This document shows positions 23,933 to 35,467 of a DNA stretch of 64,000 nt, in pieces. Below the pieces are notes generated by a model. It made no database searches. It was not told the origin of the DNA and saw only the letters and a list, made by a program, of their open reading frames with translations. A program made the translations under genes and the position numbers. This stretch comes from Halocafeteria seosinensis (taxonomy: Eukaryota), in assembly GCA_001687465.1 (NCBI GenBank), contig LVLI01000043.1:124001-188000 (forward strand). The letters run 5' to 3'. Position 1 is the first letter of the stretch. Each line of letters begins with the position of its first letter.

Positions 23933-25287
23933 ATGGCTACCGATTCACTGCTTCCTCCAATTCGAACCATCACGGTATTTGTCAGCTTGGATCGTAACTC
24001 GTCCTCATGGTGGACCCCGTTGGAATCCGCCATCAGCTATCTCAGACATGCTTCGGACCATTTGAAAGGCGCCGGCTACGAGATCCAGACGACACGAATT
24101 GCGACGAACTCGTTTGAAGTGAGTGAGCGCGGCAAGTTGCAGCTCATGTGCGTTGACGGACGGATTCGAAGCATCGTGTGCTTGTGCAGGAATATGCATT
24201 GGATCTCTCCAACGCCGAGTCGTCACAGGTGGACACGGTGATACAAAATGTGCAGAGGCTTGTTCAGATCGTACAGGAGTTGAGCGTCAAGTATGGATTC
24301 GGAAGGGAAGATGTCCTACTGAACATTGGCAGAGCATCCTCTGTTCATGCGATTGAGATGATCAGCCGCATAATCCAGCACATTCCAAGTGTCACAGCTT
24401 CAGCCAACATTTCCTTGGTGGACTTTAAAACGGCCAATGCAGCAGCGCAAGTGATATCCGCCTTGTCACAAACGACATTGAATGGGAATGGGAACTTTAA
24501 TTTTTCGGCAACGTCGCGCTGCCCTCCCTTGATACCGTTCTTCCCTACGGCGTTTGCTCCCAGTGTCTACAATAACCCGGACAAGGAAATTTACTCAGGT
24601 ATTGGCTTAGAGCTAGCTGGACTTGTTGTCAAGGCGTGTGGAAAGTCTGTAAAAGAGCTACAACAAGGTAGAACAATGACGCAGAGTATATTGGAAATCG
24701 GGGCAACTGAGTTAAGAAGGGTCCTGGAGGACCAGATCAGTAAGGTTCATACGCAAGCCATCGCGGCTTCAGAAGGACAGGGAATTAAGTATCAAGGCAT
24801 AGACACGTCAATAGCCCCTTCTCCCGGTGGAGCTTCTCTTGTTGATGGCTTTGAGCTCTTAGGTTCGGCACTCTACTCGGGCTATAAGTTCGGCCAATCA
24901 GGATCTCTTGCCATTGCAGCCATGATGACAGGGGTCATCCGTTCTTTAGATGTACATGCCCCTCATGGGTGTATTGGGTACAATGGTTTAATGTTACCCC
25001 CATTGGAAGACACAGGTCTCGCAAACAGAGCCGAAGAGAAGACATACGGTATACGGGACTTGCTCAGCCTTTCTTCCGTCTGTGGAATCGGATTGGATAC
25101 AGTGCCGATCGGTGGAGATTCGTCCGTCGGCAGTATGTCTGCGCTTATTACGGATGTAGCATCATTGTCCCATAAATGGGACAAACCACTTTCATGCCGA
25201 CTATTTCCAGTTGTGGGCAAACATGCTGGTGAGATGACTGAATTCTCTCACCCTCATCTGTGCAACGGCGCTATATTTGAATTATGA
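23933..25287 (+). CDS. DUF711 family protein, 2 exons (intron 24119-24189)
   Basis: IRTIT, GYEIQTTRIATN, GIDTSIAPSP, GYNGLMLPPLED, SSVCGIGLDTVP, KPLSCRLFPV. Confidence 0.9.
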
Positions 25288-25834
25288 CCAGAACTCTATT
25301 CTTGCATTTAAGCTGTATCCAGCAGACAAGAAATTCCCCTTCACTGTGACCGCTAACTACCGAGTCTCGTGTTGTCTGTGCTTGTAGGAATTCCACCGTA
25401 AAGCGAAACTGCGGTCATACGCAATAAGTGATTACTGTACACTTATCATTGCCATTTCGCACCGGTGACTGACAGCTTAGCAACACGGATAGTAGAATTT
25501 GGGAATCTTTGTAGGCATCACTTCATTTCAAACTTGATTTATTCCGGGCTTTGAGTGACTGTGTAATATATGGTACAATTGTATACAACCGGTTCTGGGA
25601 AACTCTTCCCCCGTTTTAAAACCGCATCCCATGTCCCACTGTTTGAGCTGAAACAATTCGAGGGAAACCGAAGGTTTTCCGAACTTCAGTGCGGACGTCC
25701 GGTGGCAGGCGAGTCGGTCCGGGTCCCTAGAAAACCTTTTTGGTCGTTTCCCTAGCGAGGAACTGCTATTTCATAGTTTCCTTGTCTCATGGTTTGTTGT
25801 AGCGATTGTCCAATTCATCCCCACCCGATTCAAA

Positions 25835-28800
25835 ATGAGTTTACCTGCAATGGGAAATGAGTCAGCTGCCGACTACGACAACAACTTGAAGCGACTTGCC
25901 CACGTCACTGGCATGGATGTGAAAGAAGTTACTCGAGTTGCGCAGTATTATGAGGGTGTATTGGCCGACATAGAATCGGACACGAGCCGAGGTTTTATTG
26001 TTGTGGTGCATATGGTCTCCACTATTCCGTTCTTTCTATCGGCGCTGAAGCGACTGGGTGTTGTTGCAGGCATAATTCCGAAGGGTTCCCACAAGGACAA
26101 TGCAGTTTATGAGTGGATTCAAGAGAAGTTCCCCACTGTCCTTTTTGGGGAAAATGAGGAGAAGGAAAGTCGAGCCCTTTTGGCCGACGAGCAAAAACGC
26201 CGCCAATTCTTGGGCTCAATAAAAGACGCTCACAAGGATGTGATCGTGGTCGACATTGGTGGCTACTTTGCTCCTTATTTGGAGGAGCTGAGGAGCTATA
26301 ACATTGGGCGGGTTGTTGAAGACACTGAGAATGGATACGTCCAATACGAGAGGGCTTTGGAACACGTAAAAGACCATGCCTCGATTCCTCATGTCATTTC
26401 TGTTGCGCGTTCTCAAATCAAGGTTTCTGAAGACTACAATGTCGGACGTGCTATTGTGGCGGCTGTGGATGCTTTATTGCGCACTGAGTGGTACACTCAT
26501 CTCGGCGATGGGTTGAGTATTCTAGTTATAGGGTTTGGGAAGATCGGCCAGGCGGTGGCTTCGTGTGTGTCTTCTATCACTCATCACAAAGTGATGGTGT
26601 GCGAACGCAATTCTTGCCGACACATGTTTGCTGTCGCTCAATCATACAATTGTGTCAGGCTAGAGGAAGGTTTGGCGGAAGCGGACGTTATCCTAAGTTG
26701 CACTGGCTCAGGGGCGATTTCTGACGCTCATATCGGCAGCTTAAAAAAGCGTGTGTATATCGCATCGTGTACTTCACGTAATAGCGAGTTCCCTGAGCTA
26801 ACGTTTCCGAACGGGTCACATGAACTACATGTATCTTCCACTGTTTGGCATTGCCAGGGTAAGGACGTGGTAATGCTGCTAAACGGAAATTCAGTAAACT
26901 TCCACCAAAAAGCTGTGCATGGACACTTTATCCATGCTGTTTTAGCCTCGCTAATCGTTGGAGCCGTAGGTGTACCGCGCGCTTCCTTCTCACACAGAAA
27001 TAGAATCCAAGAGCTGCCACAAGATGTTCAGGAGACTATTTGCGAAGAGTTACTCAAGCGCCTGAAAGAAGAATACCCAATAGAGTCAAACCACCAGCGC
27101 CTTCTCTCCCAACAGCTGTGGTTTAAGTATGACTGTTCTTCTGAACTTGCGGAGATTCGGAGGAAACTCACGCGGGGACGTTCAGCGATCCAATTAACAG
27201 GAAAAGCAGGAATGGGACGAACAAGTCTTGCTATTCTGTATATGGACGATTCGGTATATTCTCGTACTTATAGGTGGACGTGGTACATAGATTGTTCGAG
27301 GCAAGATGATATTCGCTCTTTCTACGAGTGGAGAAACACACCGAACGAGAAACGGAAGCTCACAGATTATCTAAGCCTGTTACGAGAGAACTTCCTCCTC
27401 GTCTTTGACGATTGCGATTCGAGAACTCTACAGGAAGTTACGGACTGGATGGAGGCAACTCCTGGCTCAGGCATCCCCAACCACCAGCACATTATAGTAA
27501 TTCCGAAAGAGCAGGGAGGGTTGCGTAACTTGCCTTCATTTAAGTTCGTTCCTTCTCGACAGCTCACACAGGAATTACGGGCTCAGTTATTACAACAGTA
27601 TGGTATCGACCGAGACTCAATTGAATGGCCTGGTGGTAGTGAAGGGTGGTCTATTTTTCAGACGATGATATACGTTCGGCTATGGAAACATGTCTATCTT
27701 CTAAACTCCAGTACGCCAAATACAGATTTTCAAACACTTCTGGAGCAGGTTCTGGAACCCCATTTGCGCAATGAAGCTATTTGCGCATGTTTGGGAGTCC
27801 TTGCGATTGCTAAAGATGGATTGGCATTGCGATTACTCGAGACCTTGTTTAACTCGACTGAGTGCGAAATACACAGCGTTATCAGTGAATTGGAGGAGTT
27901 ACTGGTATTACAAGACGGACAAAGCGATGGTAACCGCTTGGCGTCCGATGGCGGCAAACCTGTCACTCTCCGTATCAAAGCGGAGATATTGGAACTCCTT
28001 GAGCGGCGGGAAAATCAGCAATGGCGAGTGTACGCTATACGTTGCGCTTTGAGAAATGGGACTCTGATTAAGCCTCATATCTCAACCGTCGCGGAGTTGT
28101 TAATTCGCATAATTAATGACAAATACCCGAGTAGAACACATGATTATCCCGATGTTGAGCCGTTTCTTACATCGTTGGCATTTGTTGACAAGGCTAAATG
28201 TGGAGAGTTTATAAGGATTGCGCCTAGCGACATTGTTCGCGATAAGCATGTCAAGGGGTGGCTGCAGACCATCGACTCTGGAGAGTTTTCTCCCCCAAAC
28301 TGGAAGAATGAAGGAAGTACAATATATTTTGCTTACCTGTGTGTCAGCATGTACAGACTGTACCTTTGGATGAATGAAAACTCGGGCTCCTCGTTGAACT
28401 TGCCGTGGAAAGAGCTCCTGGGAAAAGCCGAGGCTGCGACAAGCGCGTCTCCACTGGTTCGCGCTGAGTTTCTGCGCTTTGCTGCTGTTGTACTGAAACA
28501 GGTATGTAAGCGGTCTGCCGAAGAGATGAAGAAAAAGGAGCTGTGGGGTGCAGCGCATAGCCTCTTGAATGCTGCTGATGAGTTATTTTCTAGGTGCCCT
28601 GGGGGGAGGGATCCCTTGGCACGTATAAAGCTCGCAAGAGCAGTTCTCTTGAAAGAGGAAGGCGCGGAAGGAAAGAAAGGGCATCAAGAACTTTTGAACG
28701 AAGCCCTCTCTCTCGTAGATGAAAGCATTGGGCTGCGAAGGAAACCAACAAGAGAGTGCTTTATCAACCGTGGCAATATCCTCCGTCTGCTGCATCGCGA

Positions 28801-29161
28801 TGAGGAAGCCATTACCGTTCATGAAAATATTCTACAAAGAGTCGACTCCGTCACTGAGCCAAGAGCGCATCAACAAGCTAATTGGAATATGCTGTATGCA
28901 ATAGTGCATTCTCTCCGCCCTTACAGCGAACGCCTCGACGCCATGAAGAAACTGTGGGCAATGTACAAGAGCGGGAAGTTTGGAGGACGTGGATACGAGC
29001 GCATGGCAAGAGAAAGCTTCGAAGAAAGCTCCATACAGCAATTGCGAACGTATTTTGCGAGTGATGATATATGCAAAGAAATGGCAGAAGAACTTACTAG
29101 CTCCTCTTCATCGTATACTCCATCGGTTACCGGTCTTAAGAGAAAGCGCTCTTTAGAATGA
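25835..29161 (+). CDS. NLR-like fusion: adenosylhomocysteinase-like domain + STAND/NB-ARC-like NTPase + TPR-like repeats, intronless, 1108 aa
   Basis: N-term VVHMV, VDIGGYF, VEDTENG, SVARSQIKVSEDYNVG, GFGKIG, GNSVNF; P-loop LTGKAGMGRTSLA at ~27194-27232, WYID, Walker B FLLVFDDC; C-term helical repeats (FINRGNILRLLHRDEEAI). Confidence 0.8.
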   Translation: MSLPAMGNESAADYDNNLKRLAHVTGMDVKEVTRVAQYYEGVLADIESDTSRGFIVVVHMVSTIPFFLSALKRLGVVAGIIPKGSHKDNAVYEWIQEKFPTVLFGENEEKESRALLADEQKRRQFLGSIKDAHKDVIVVDIGGYFAPYLEELRSYNIGRVVEDTENGYVQYERALEHVKDHASIPHVISVARSQIKVSEDYNVGRAIVAAVDALLRTEWYTHLGDGLSILVIGFGKIGQAVASCVSSITHHKVMVCERNSCRHMFAVAQSYNCVRLEEGLAEADVILSCTGSGAISDAHIGSLKKRVYIASCTSRNSEFPELTFPNGSHELHVSSTVWHCQGKDVVMLLNGNSVNFHQKAVHGHFIHAVLASLIVGAVGVPRASFSHRNRIQELPQDVQETICEELLKRLKEEYPIESNHQRLLSQQLWFKYDCSSELAEIRRKLTRGRSAIQLTGKAGMGRTSLAILYMDDSVYSRTYRWTWYIDCSRQDDIRSFYEWRNTPNEKRKLTDYLSLLRENFLLVFDDCDSRTLQEVTDWMEATPGSGIPNHQHIIVIPKEQGGLRNLPSFKFVPSRQLTQELRAQLLQQYGIDRDSIEWPGGSEGWSIFQTMIYVRLWKHVYLLNSSTPNTDFQTLLEQVLEPHLRNEAICACLGVLAIAKDGLALRLLETLFNSTECEIHSVISELEELLVLQDGQSDGNRLASDGGKPVTLRIKAEILELLERRENQQWRVYAIRCALRNGTLIKPHISTVAELLIRIINDKYPSRTHDYPDVEPFLTSLAFVDKAKCGEFIRIAPSDIVRDKHVKGWLQTIDSGEFSPPNWKNEGSTIYFAYLCVSMYRLYLWMNENSGSSLNLPWKELLGKAEAATSASPLVRAEFLRFAAVVLKQVCKRSAEEMKKKELWGAAHSLLNAADELFSRCPGGRDPLARIKLARAVLLKEEGAEGKKGHQELLNEALSLVDESIGLRRKPTRECFINRGNILRLLHRDEEAITVHENILQRVDSVTEPRAHQQANWNMLYAIVHSLRPYSERLDAMKKLWAMYKSGKFGGRGYERMARESFEESSIQQLRTYFASDDICKEMAEELTSSSSSYTPSVTGLKRKRSLE

Positions 29162-30980
29162 GAATCACAGCTCGAGTAGATGTGATAGAGCCCTAGGACA
29201 TATCTTGTGGATCCTGCATCCTATCTAAACCACCTGCACCTATCCGAACCGTGTTGATGAAGAAACTTCCGTCCTAGCTAACCAGAACTTCTCCATTAGG
29301 TTCAGCGATACATGTACACCGTGAGGCTCTCAGGTATACCATATCGTCATAAGTACACTGCATTACCTGCGCCTTGCTCACTGCTTTGTACTGGCAAAGG
29401 ATTCCTGAAATCTGTTGTCTTATGTGCCCATTTCGATACTTGGTAGCGCATGTTGTCAAAAGTGGAAATTCCAGGATTATCTGAGTTGTTGAGACAATTC
29501 TCAGTTGGGTATATCTGTGCGGCCCCTACTGAAATTTCAAATTTATCTTCTACAAATCTGTTGGTTTTAGATGTGTCCTATTCATCAATTGACACCATAA
29601 TACAAGCGGATTGGGGACAATATATTAGCTACATACGCTGTTCGTTCATTCCACTACCATATATGGTATGTCCACTCATGACTCGAGTCGAATGATGCAT
29701 CGCCACGATGTTATACGGCATGAACGGTACATGATGTAGCGGTTTTTATTCACATCTCGCGACTTTCCCAGTACACTACACAGGAGAGTAGAGAAGCGGA
29801 GAAGGAGGCAGCAGCGGACGCAAGTGGAGGCTCTCAATCAACGACTGTTAAAGCGAAAACCAGCAAAACTCATCCGCAACTGGAGGCGAAGACGCAGCCG
29901 GAACTGCGTCTCAGGACATATAACCAAGTTGAAGAGACATCAGGTATTCCCAACTTCGTTCGTAAGGGGAACCGGTATCTTTGGCGGGCAGAAGTGGAGA
30001 GAGTCTCCGAGAGACTGTTTGCCGAGTGCTGCCTTTACCTCGGAGTACTGTAATTCCCCGACTTCTTAAATCCGGTGCTGTAGGTAAGCATACAATCAGT
30101 CTGCTGTCCATACACATTGTCACATGTGCATATTCCCCTCCGCACTTCAGAGTACCGCGTGACATCTTGTAACGAGAACGACGGTCTCACACTGTGTGCT
30201 ACAGAAGTGGTACAAGGGTACAAATGATAGCTAAGCTAGCAGTTGACACACACACACACACTGCAATTCACTGCTTGATAGGATTGGGAGGTTATTCCTC
30301 TTGAACGTATAAGTCAATTCGTGTAGCTTGCTCTTCGGCTGTTCTAGTATGTTTATCCTTCAGTACGAAAGTAAAGGCATCAACCCGATACGATTATGTC
30401 TTTTTATGGCCCGGCCGCCCGGGCCGGGGAAGTTCACAGAAAAAAAAGATGACAACTGTCTTTCCTTCGTGCGCACGAACGGTGCGTATAATACAAGCCG
30501 ACTGTTCACTGTATTCGACGTATTGAACAGTGCCGAAAGTTTCGCTTGGTCCTTTGCGTACTTTTCTCTTGCGTGAACACTAAGTTTACGAGCCGCCATC
30601 AAGTATGTACTTGGTTGGATCGCATACGATCGTCTACTGCAATGCTTTTTGTTGTTTTAGATCCCCCTTTGCTATCCCCTGAGGGATTTCTCTGGCTCGT
30701 CCGTTAGATACCTACGTCTCGATTGAGCGTGATTTTGAGTCAATCTCAACAGATTCTCAGTTCATAATGTTGCTCTCTGCCGCTTCAAAGGAGGCCAATG
30801 GGGATGGAGAATGGTACTTGAGGCAAACGGCAGTTTTACTAGGAAGAGCGTGCGAGCTCGGGTTTGAGAAGTTGAAGATCGCCGAGAACTTGTTCAAGTA
30901 TCCAAAGGAGTCATTCTGCACCCTTGTGCCATTTCTGGATTCCTCGTGTGAACGCAGAATCGCGACAAGCATCGTTCAAA

Positions 30981-33850
30981 ATGGCGGAAGCTCTTGTGAA
31001 TCGACGAAAGGATGTCAAAGCTGACCACGTATACACGGACATCAAGGGTCAGGTAAGTCCTCACTCAATTTTAATAGTGTTCGGTACAACCAAGTATGAC
31101 CCGTTTGTTTCAATTGTGTTTGCTCAGCTCACCAATGAAAAGCATCCAGGAATCTTTGACATTGAGATTCTCCCCGATGAGAAGATTTTGAAAGAGTTCA
31201 GAACCTATGCCATTCGGGAACCGCGCACCACTTTCTTCATTGCTTGCATGTGCTGCTGCACTGCTGGATTGTAAGTTAGATGCGATGTTATGGATGACGA
31301 TGACTTATGGAGTAGTGATGGTTGCAGGTATTTGTGCTACTTGTACGGTCTGGCGTCATGCCGTCGCTTTTCCGTAGGCAACAAGAAAATCCGACTAGCG
31401 TTCACTTCTAAAGTATGTACTCAATTTTTCGTCCCTGTACGGGGACGGAGGAGAGTCTTTGATGACCACATATGGTTTTTCTATTTCCGCACAGGGACGC
31501 ATTTTGATGTGGGGTTCCAATGTTGAAGGGGGGATGACCGGAGCAAACGTCGCATCTACGAAGTTCATGTCGCGCACCGAAGTGTCGGCATTCCACATCC
31601 AAAAGATCAACATGATGCAAGTAAGTTGACGAGCGACATGGTAGTTGTCCTTTGGATTGACTGTACGTGGTTCGCTGAATGAACAGGCTTACGCCGGTCG
31701 ATACCCGAAGGGGCCGTGTGGACTCCTGGGGGAACATCACGATGCCAGGTTACGCATCTTCTTTGGTTCAAGCTACCCGCAAGCTTCGGTGATGACCGAA
31801 TGTGGTATGTTCATGCTCGGCTGACAAACAAATTTGCTCATCATACACTCAGAGTGCCTATGGTATTTCAGGAGCTCACATGGACTCTCACGTACTGTTC
31901 GGATTGCATCAACCGGAATGGGACCGAGCATCGTATTTGTCTGGTCGCGGAATTGGCAGTGAAGAAGAGCAACACTCTAAGCGGAACCCTATGGTCGCGC
32001 TCTGCAGCAAGCTTGCTTATTTCGTCGTCGGCCTTTTCCATTGGAGCACTTGCGGCTGCTTCTACAAGCCCAATATTCTCCCGAGAGAGCTTGGCGGGCG
32101 CGGCAACATGGTGTTGGACGTTTCGACTGTCAATGATGAAATGTGGAAAGACGGCTATCACGAAGACTTCCAGTCAGCATGGGAAGAACTTTCCAGAATC
32201 CAGGAGTTCATTCTGATGGCGAAAGAGGGTCCTGAACCACTAAAGAGTGTCCAACCAATAACGAGTCACTTTAGTGTCAAAGAAGGCGGCACTATTGACG
32301 AGGCTCGGGAATCGGAACTTGAGAAAGACACAAAAATCAACATTCATACAAAAAAGATTCCCTTGGGTGAAGAAGAAGGAGTTGGTATGTCTATTAATTC
32401 GAATTTCCAGTTAATCAGTAGTGGGTGAACATGTACTATGTCATTGTTGTCGCAGTGGATGCTCTTCCCATCCTACCAAGGATGACGTGGTATGAGTGCC
32501 TATGTGTGCCCTGGATATGCTGTCGACGGAAATTCGCGATGCAATCGGCATTGATTTCTACGACTCAAAGGATGATCTCAGCCTCTGAATATCGCCATGC
32601 CACTGGCGATGATTACGAGTTCTTCATGAACAGCTTCTTCCTTACAAACATGAAAGGGGGATATTTGATTTCTGGTGAGTGTCAGGGAACGCAGCGATTC
32701 GAATGCCACATGTTGCATTCACCTGTACCCCTTTTGATTCAGATCCGGATGGAATCGGGTACACGATGGATGTGAAGACCGAATACGGGGCCCTTCGTAT
32801 TGAGCCTGTCATGTCTAGGATGTGGCCCTGGACCGACAAAGTTGACAAGTTCATTCGCACTCGGATGTTCGAATTCTTGAAGCACCTTGAGACCGCAAGT
32901 GCCAGCGAAGCCGTTATCCCGGCTCCGATGGAAGGAACAATTCCAAATGAAGATGACGTAAATCATGCTAAATCCACTGTCAATCTCTGGGAAGATGAAG
33001 CTGTGTGCTCTGCTCTTAGATCAAAGGACCTGTACAACGTATGTGTATTTGTCTCGGACGGTAGCAGAGTGTTTCTCGTAACACCTGTGTGTTTTCCGAT
33101 GCAGATGGATGGTTTCTGGAACAGCATATTTTGGAGATTCTTGGGCTGCAATGACATCACTTGCACTCGGCAAATGGTCCAGACTTGCAGCTGCGGTGGA
33201 CGCCCTTTCCGACTTGACCAGGTCTTGGTTCTCACTACCCATCGTGTGATCTCCTATCAGAGCGTGAGGAATGAATGCTGTATCAGTGCGTGCAAAGCCG
33301 AGCCGGAAGTATGTGTGGATCTCTGTGGTTGTTTGGGCTGTAGTGTATGGAATGTCAATTGTAAACGCTGTGCAGCTGCTTCTTTGGTTTCCCTTGGGAG
33401 ATGTGGAAGGCCTTCGGACCATTGGAACAATGTCTAGACGCCCTCAAAATTTTGTCACATACCTGTTGGGCAAAATACTTCCTTGTTGCAATGCCGAAAG
33501 TGCCGCTATAAGTGTCCAATTTGGAGTGAACTCACAGGTACGCCTATCATGCAACAGGTGTCCAGTTGGTAATGTGATTCACTTCACTTGTTTGTTGTTG
33601 CTCGCAGTTCAACACAATTCCTTTGAACGTTGGACAAATCGATTCAAGGGCAAGTAGTGGTAGAATGGAAGGACATCAGGAGTTCTATCATTTTAGAGCC
33701 GCTTTCGCGTTCTATCACTCTCACGAAAAACCCAGCGGAGCTATTCAAAAGGTTGAACCTGATATTCCGGCAATTTACAACGAGGCTCCTCTTCCTGACA
33801 ATGTGAAAGAGGAAACCCCTGAGAACCCTGTGCAAGTATCGCACGAGTAG
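30981..33850 (+). CDS. Hypothetical multi-exon protein with Cys-rich hydrophobic segments
   Basis: MAEALVNRRK... followed by many GT-AG introns joining ORFs 30924, 31290, 31802, 32425, 32679, 33271 and 33623; no family recognised. Confidence 0.6.
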
Positions 33851-33974
33851 ATGGCATGGCGAAGTATATTCGGGGCTATCCACTGTATTGCTTAGCGTTG
33901 GAAATGTTTAGCAAAAATGATTCCAAAAAAATAAAAATGGAATGAACACCCGTCCGTCGTGTAATTATTCAAAG

Positions 33975-34890
33975 TTACTCATCATTGATATCTTCCTCAG
34001 CCAGTTGGCTCTCAATAATCTTACGCCGCATAGCATCCAAATTTTCCTGATACGTGGCACCATCTCTTCGTTCATAGTCGTCTTCGGCTGGATCATCACT
34101 CTCTTCTTCCGTTAGTTCGAAGTACTCAGCAAGCTGCATTAACGTTTACGCTTGATGCATTTCAATATAACTCCGCAAATCTCTATTTTTCTCACCAACT
34201 TACATTCTTGGTGGGGAAGTCTTCGACTCCACCGAGTCCTTCAAATCCTATCAGTCGCTCTTTGTTGTCAGCAATGCCATCTCGGAATCGAATCACTGTG
34301 GGAAGTGTTTTGACCTGAAGCCGCGCTACGATGAAAGGTGCTTTTTCAGCGTTCAATTTGATGAATTTGATTTGCGGGTACTGTTGCGCGAGGATGGCGA
34401 GGTGCTTATCCATGATGGCGCATTTTGCGAATTCTCTGTGATAAAAGTGGCAAATGACGGTAGGTGCCGTTGTCACTTCTTTCAAAAAATCCTCTTCCGT
34501 CACCTCTCTGTAGGTCCCATAGCCGACTTGGCGGTCCTTTTTCTTTTGATCCATCTTGGCTTTGAGCTCCGCGAGGCGATGCGCACGGAGCACATCGAGC
34601 TCATCTTCCTCGGCCTGGCCTCCCTGTGTAGCACTCGTGTAATTGTGCTCATTTTCCTTGTTGTTTTGGTTGCCATAGGCTGATCCTGTTGGTTTTGTGT
34701 CCTCCTGAGCCTGCGCCTCTTCGGTCGTCATGTCCTGGTACTTTTCACGGAGGTCCTCAATAGCTTGCTCCATCCGATTATTCACCTCAGAGTTGATATG
34801 GTCCATTATAGCCTCTTGACCGCCCTTGGACGTGGAAGGACCTGGGCCAGAAGCGCCCGTGGCGGCGCTGTTGCCACCCGAATTGGACAT
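33975..34890 (-). CDS. TXNDC9: Phosducin-like thioredoxin-fold protein (PhLP3/TXNDC9)
   Basis: GYGTYREVTEEDF, VICHFYHREFAKCAIMDKHL, KFIKLNAEKAPF, GFEGLGGVEDF; intron ~34203-34134; stop at 33975. Confidence 0.88.
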
Positions 34891-35467
34891 TGCTCCTCTG
34901 CTCGGCGTCTGCTACTACGACTACTAGCCTTGGTGACCCGCATATAAGAATGATTACCCCAATACAAAAGTACATTGCATCTAAAACACAGTGTTTGTGT
35001 GTGTGTTTGAATTTTTTAGAACAATCATTTCGTTCACTTACAAACATTTGAAGAATTCAATTCAACAAAGTTGCTTCGAGCCTAGGGATCTGGAAGTCGT
35101 GCCCGCGCAGCATGACGTTTTCACCAATCCGTGAGAAATAAATAAAGACAGTGTAGTGGCTACTACACTGTAGTGGGCAGTGGAATGAATCCTTATGTGG
35201 TCATTCACCGTATCTCGGGCATACCCTCTCCAACCACCACATACCGAACGCTCACAGGCTCAACATTTATTTTACGAGACACAAAGCAACGCTTAAGTCA
35301 CTCTCGGCTATGCACACTACAAGTCCCAGTTGTCGTAGTGTGTGGTATGGAAGTTCTTAACTTGCTCACCCGGGCCCTCGGCCCGGGTCCGGGCTCTCCA
35401 CCGGGATGGAAGGGCATTTTGGTATGGAGTTGATCTTGTGCATGTTGTGGTCCTTTCTACCGGTACC

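Noticed and set aside
25835..27060. Housekeeping SAH hydrolase (ahcY/SAHH)
   Set aside because: Canonical DDGGD, EETTTG and KSKFDN motifs are replaced, and the domain is fused to ~700 extra aa.
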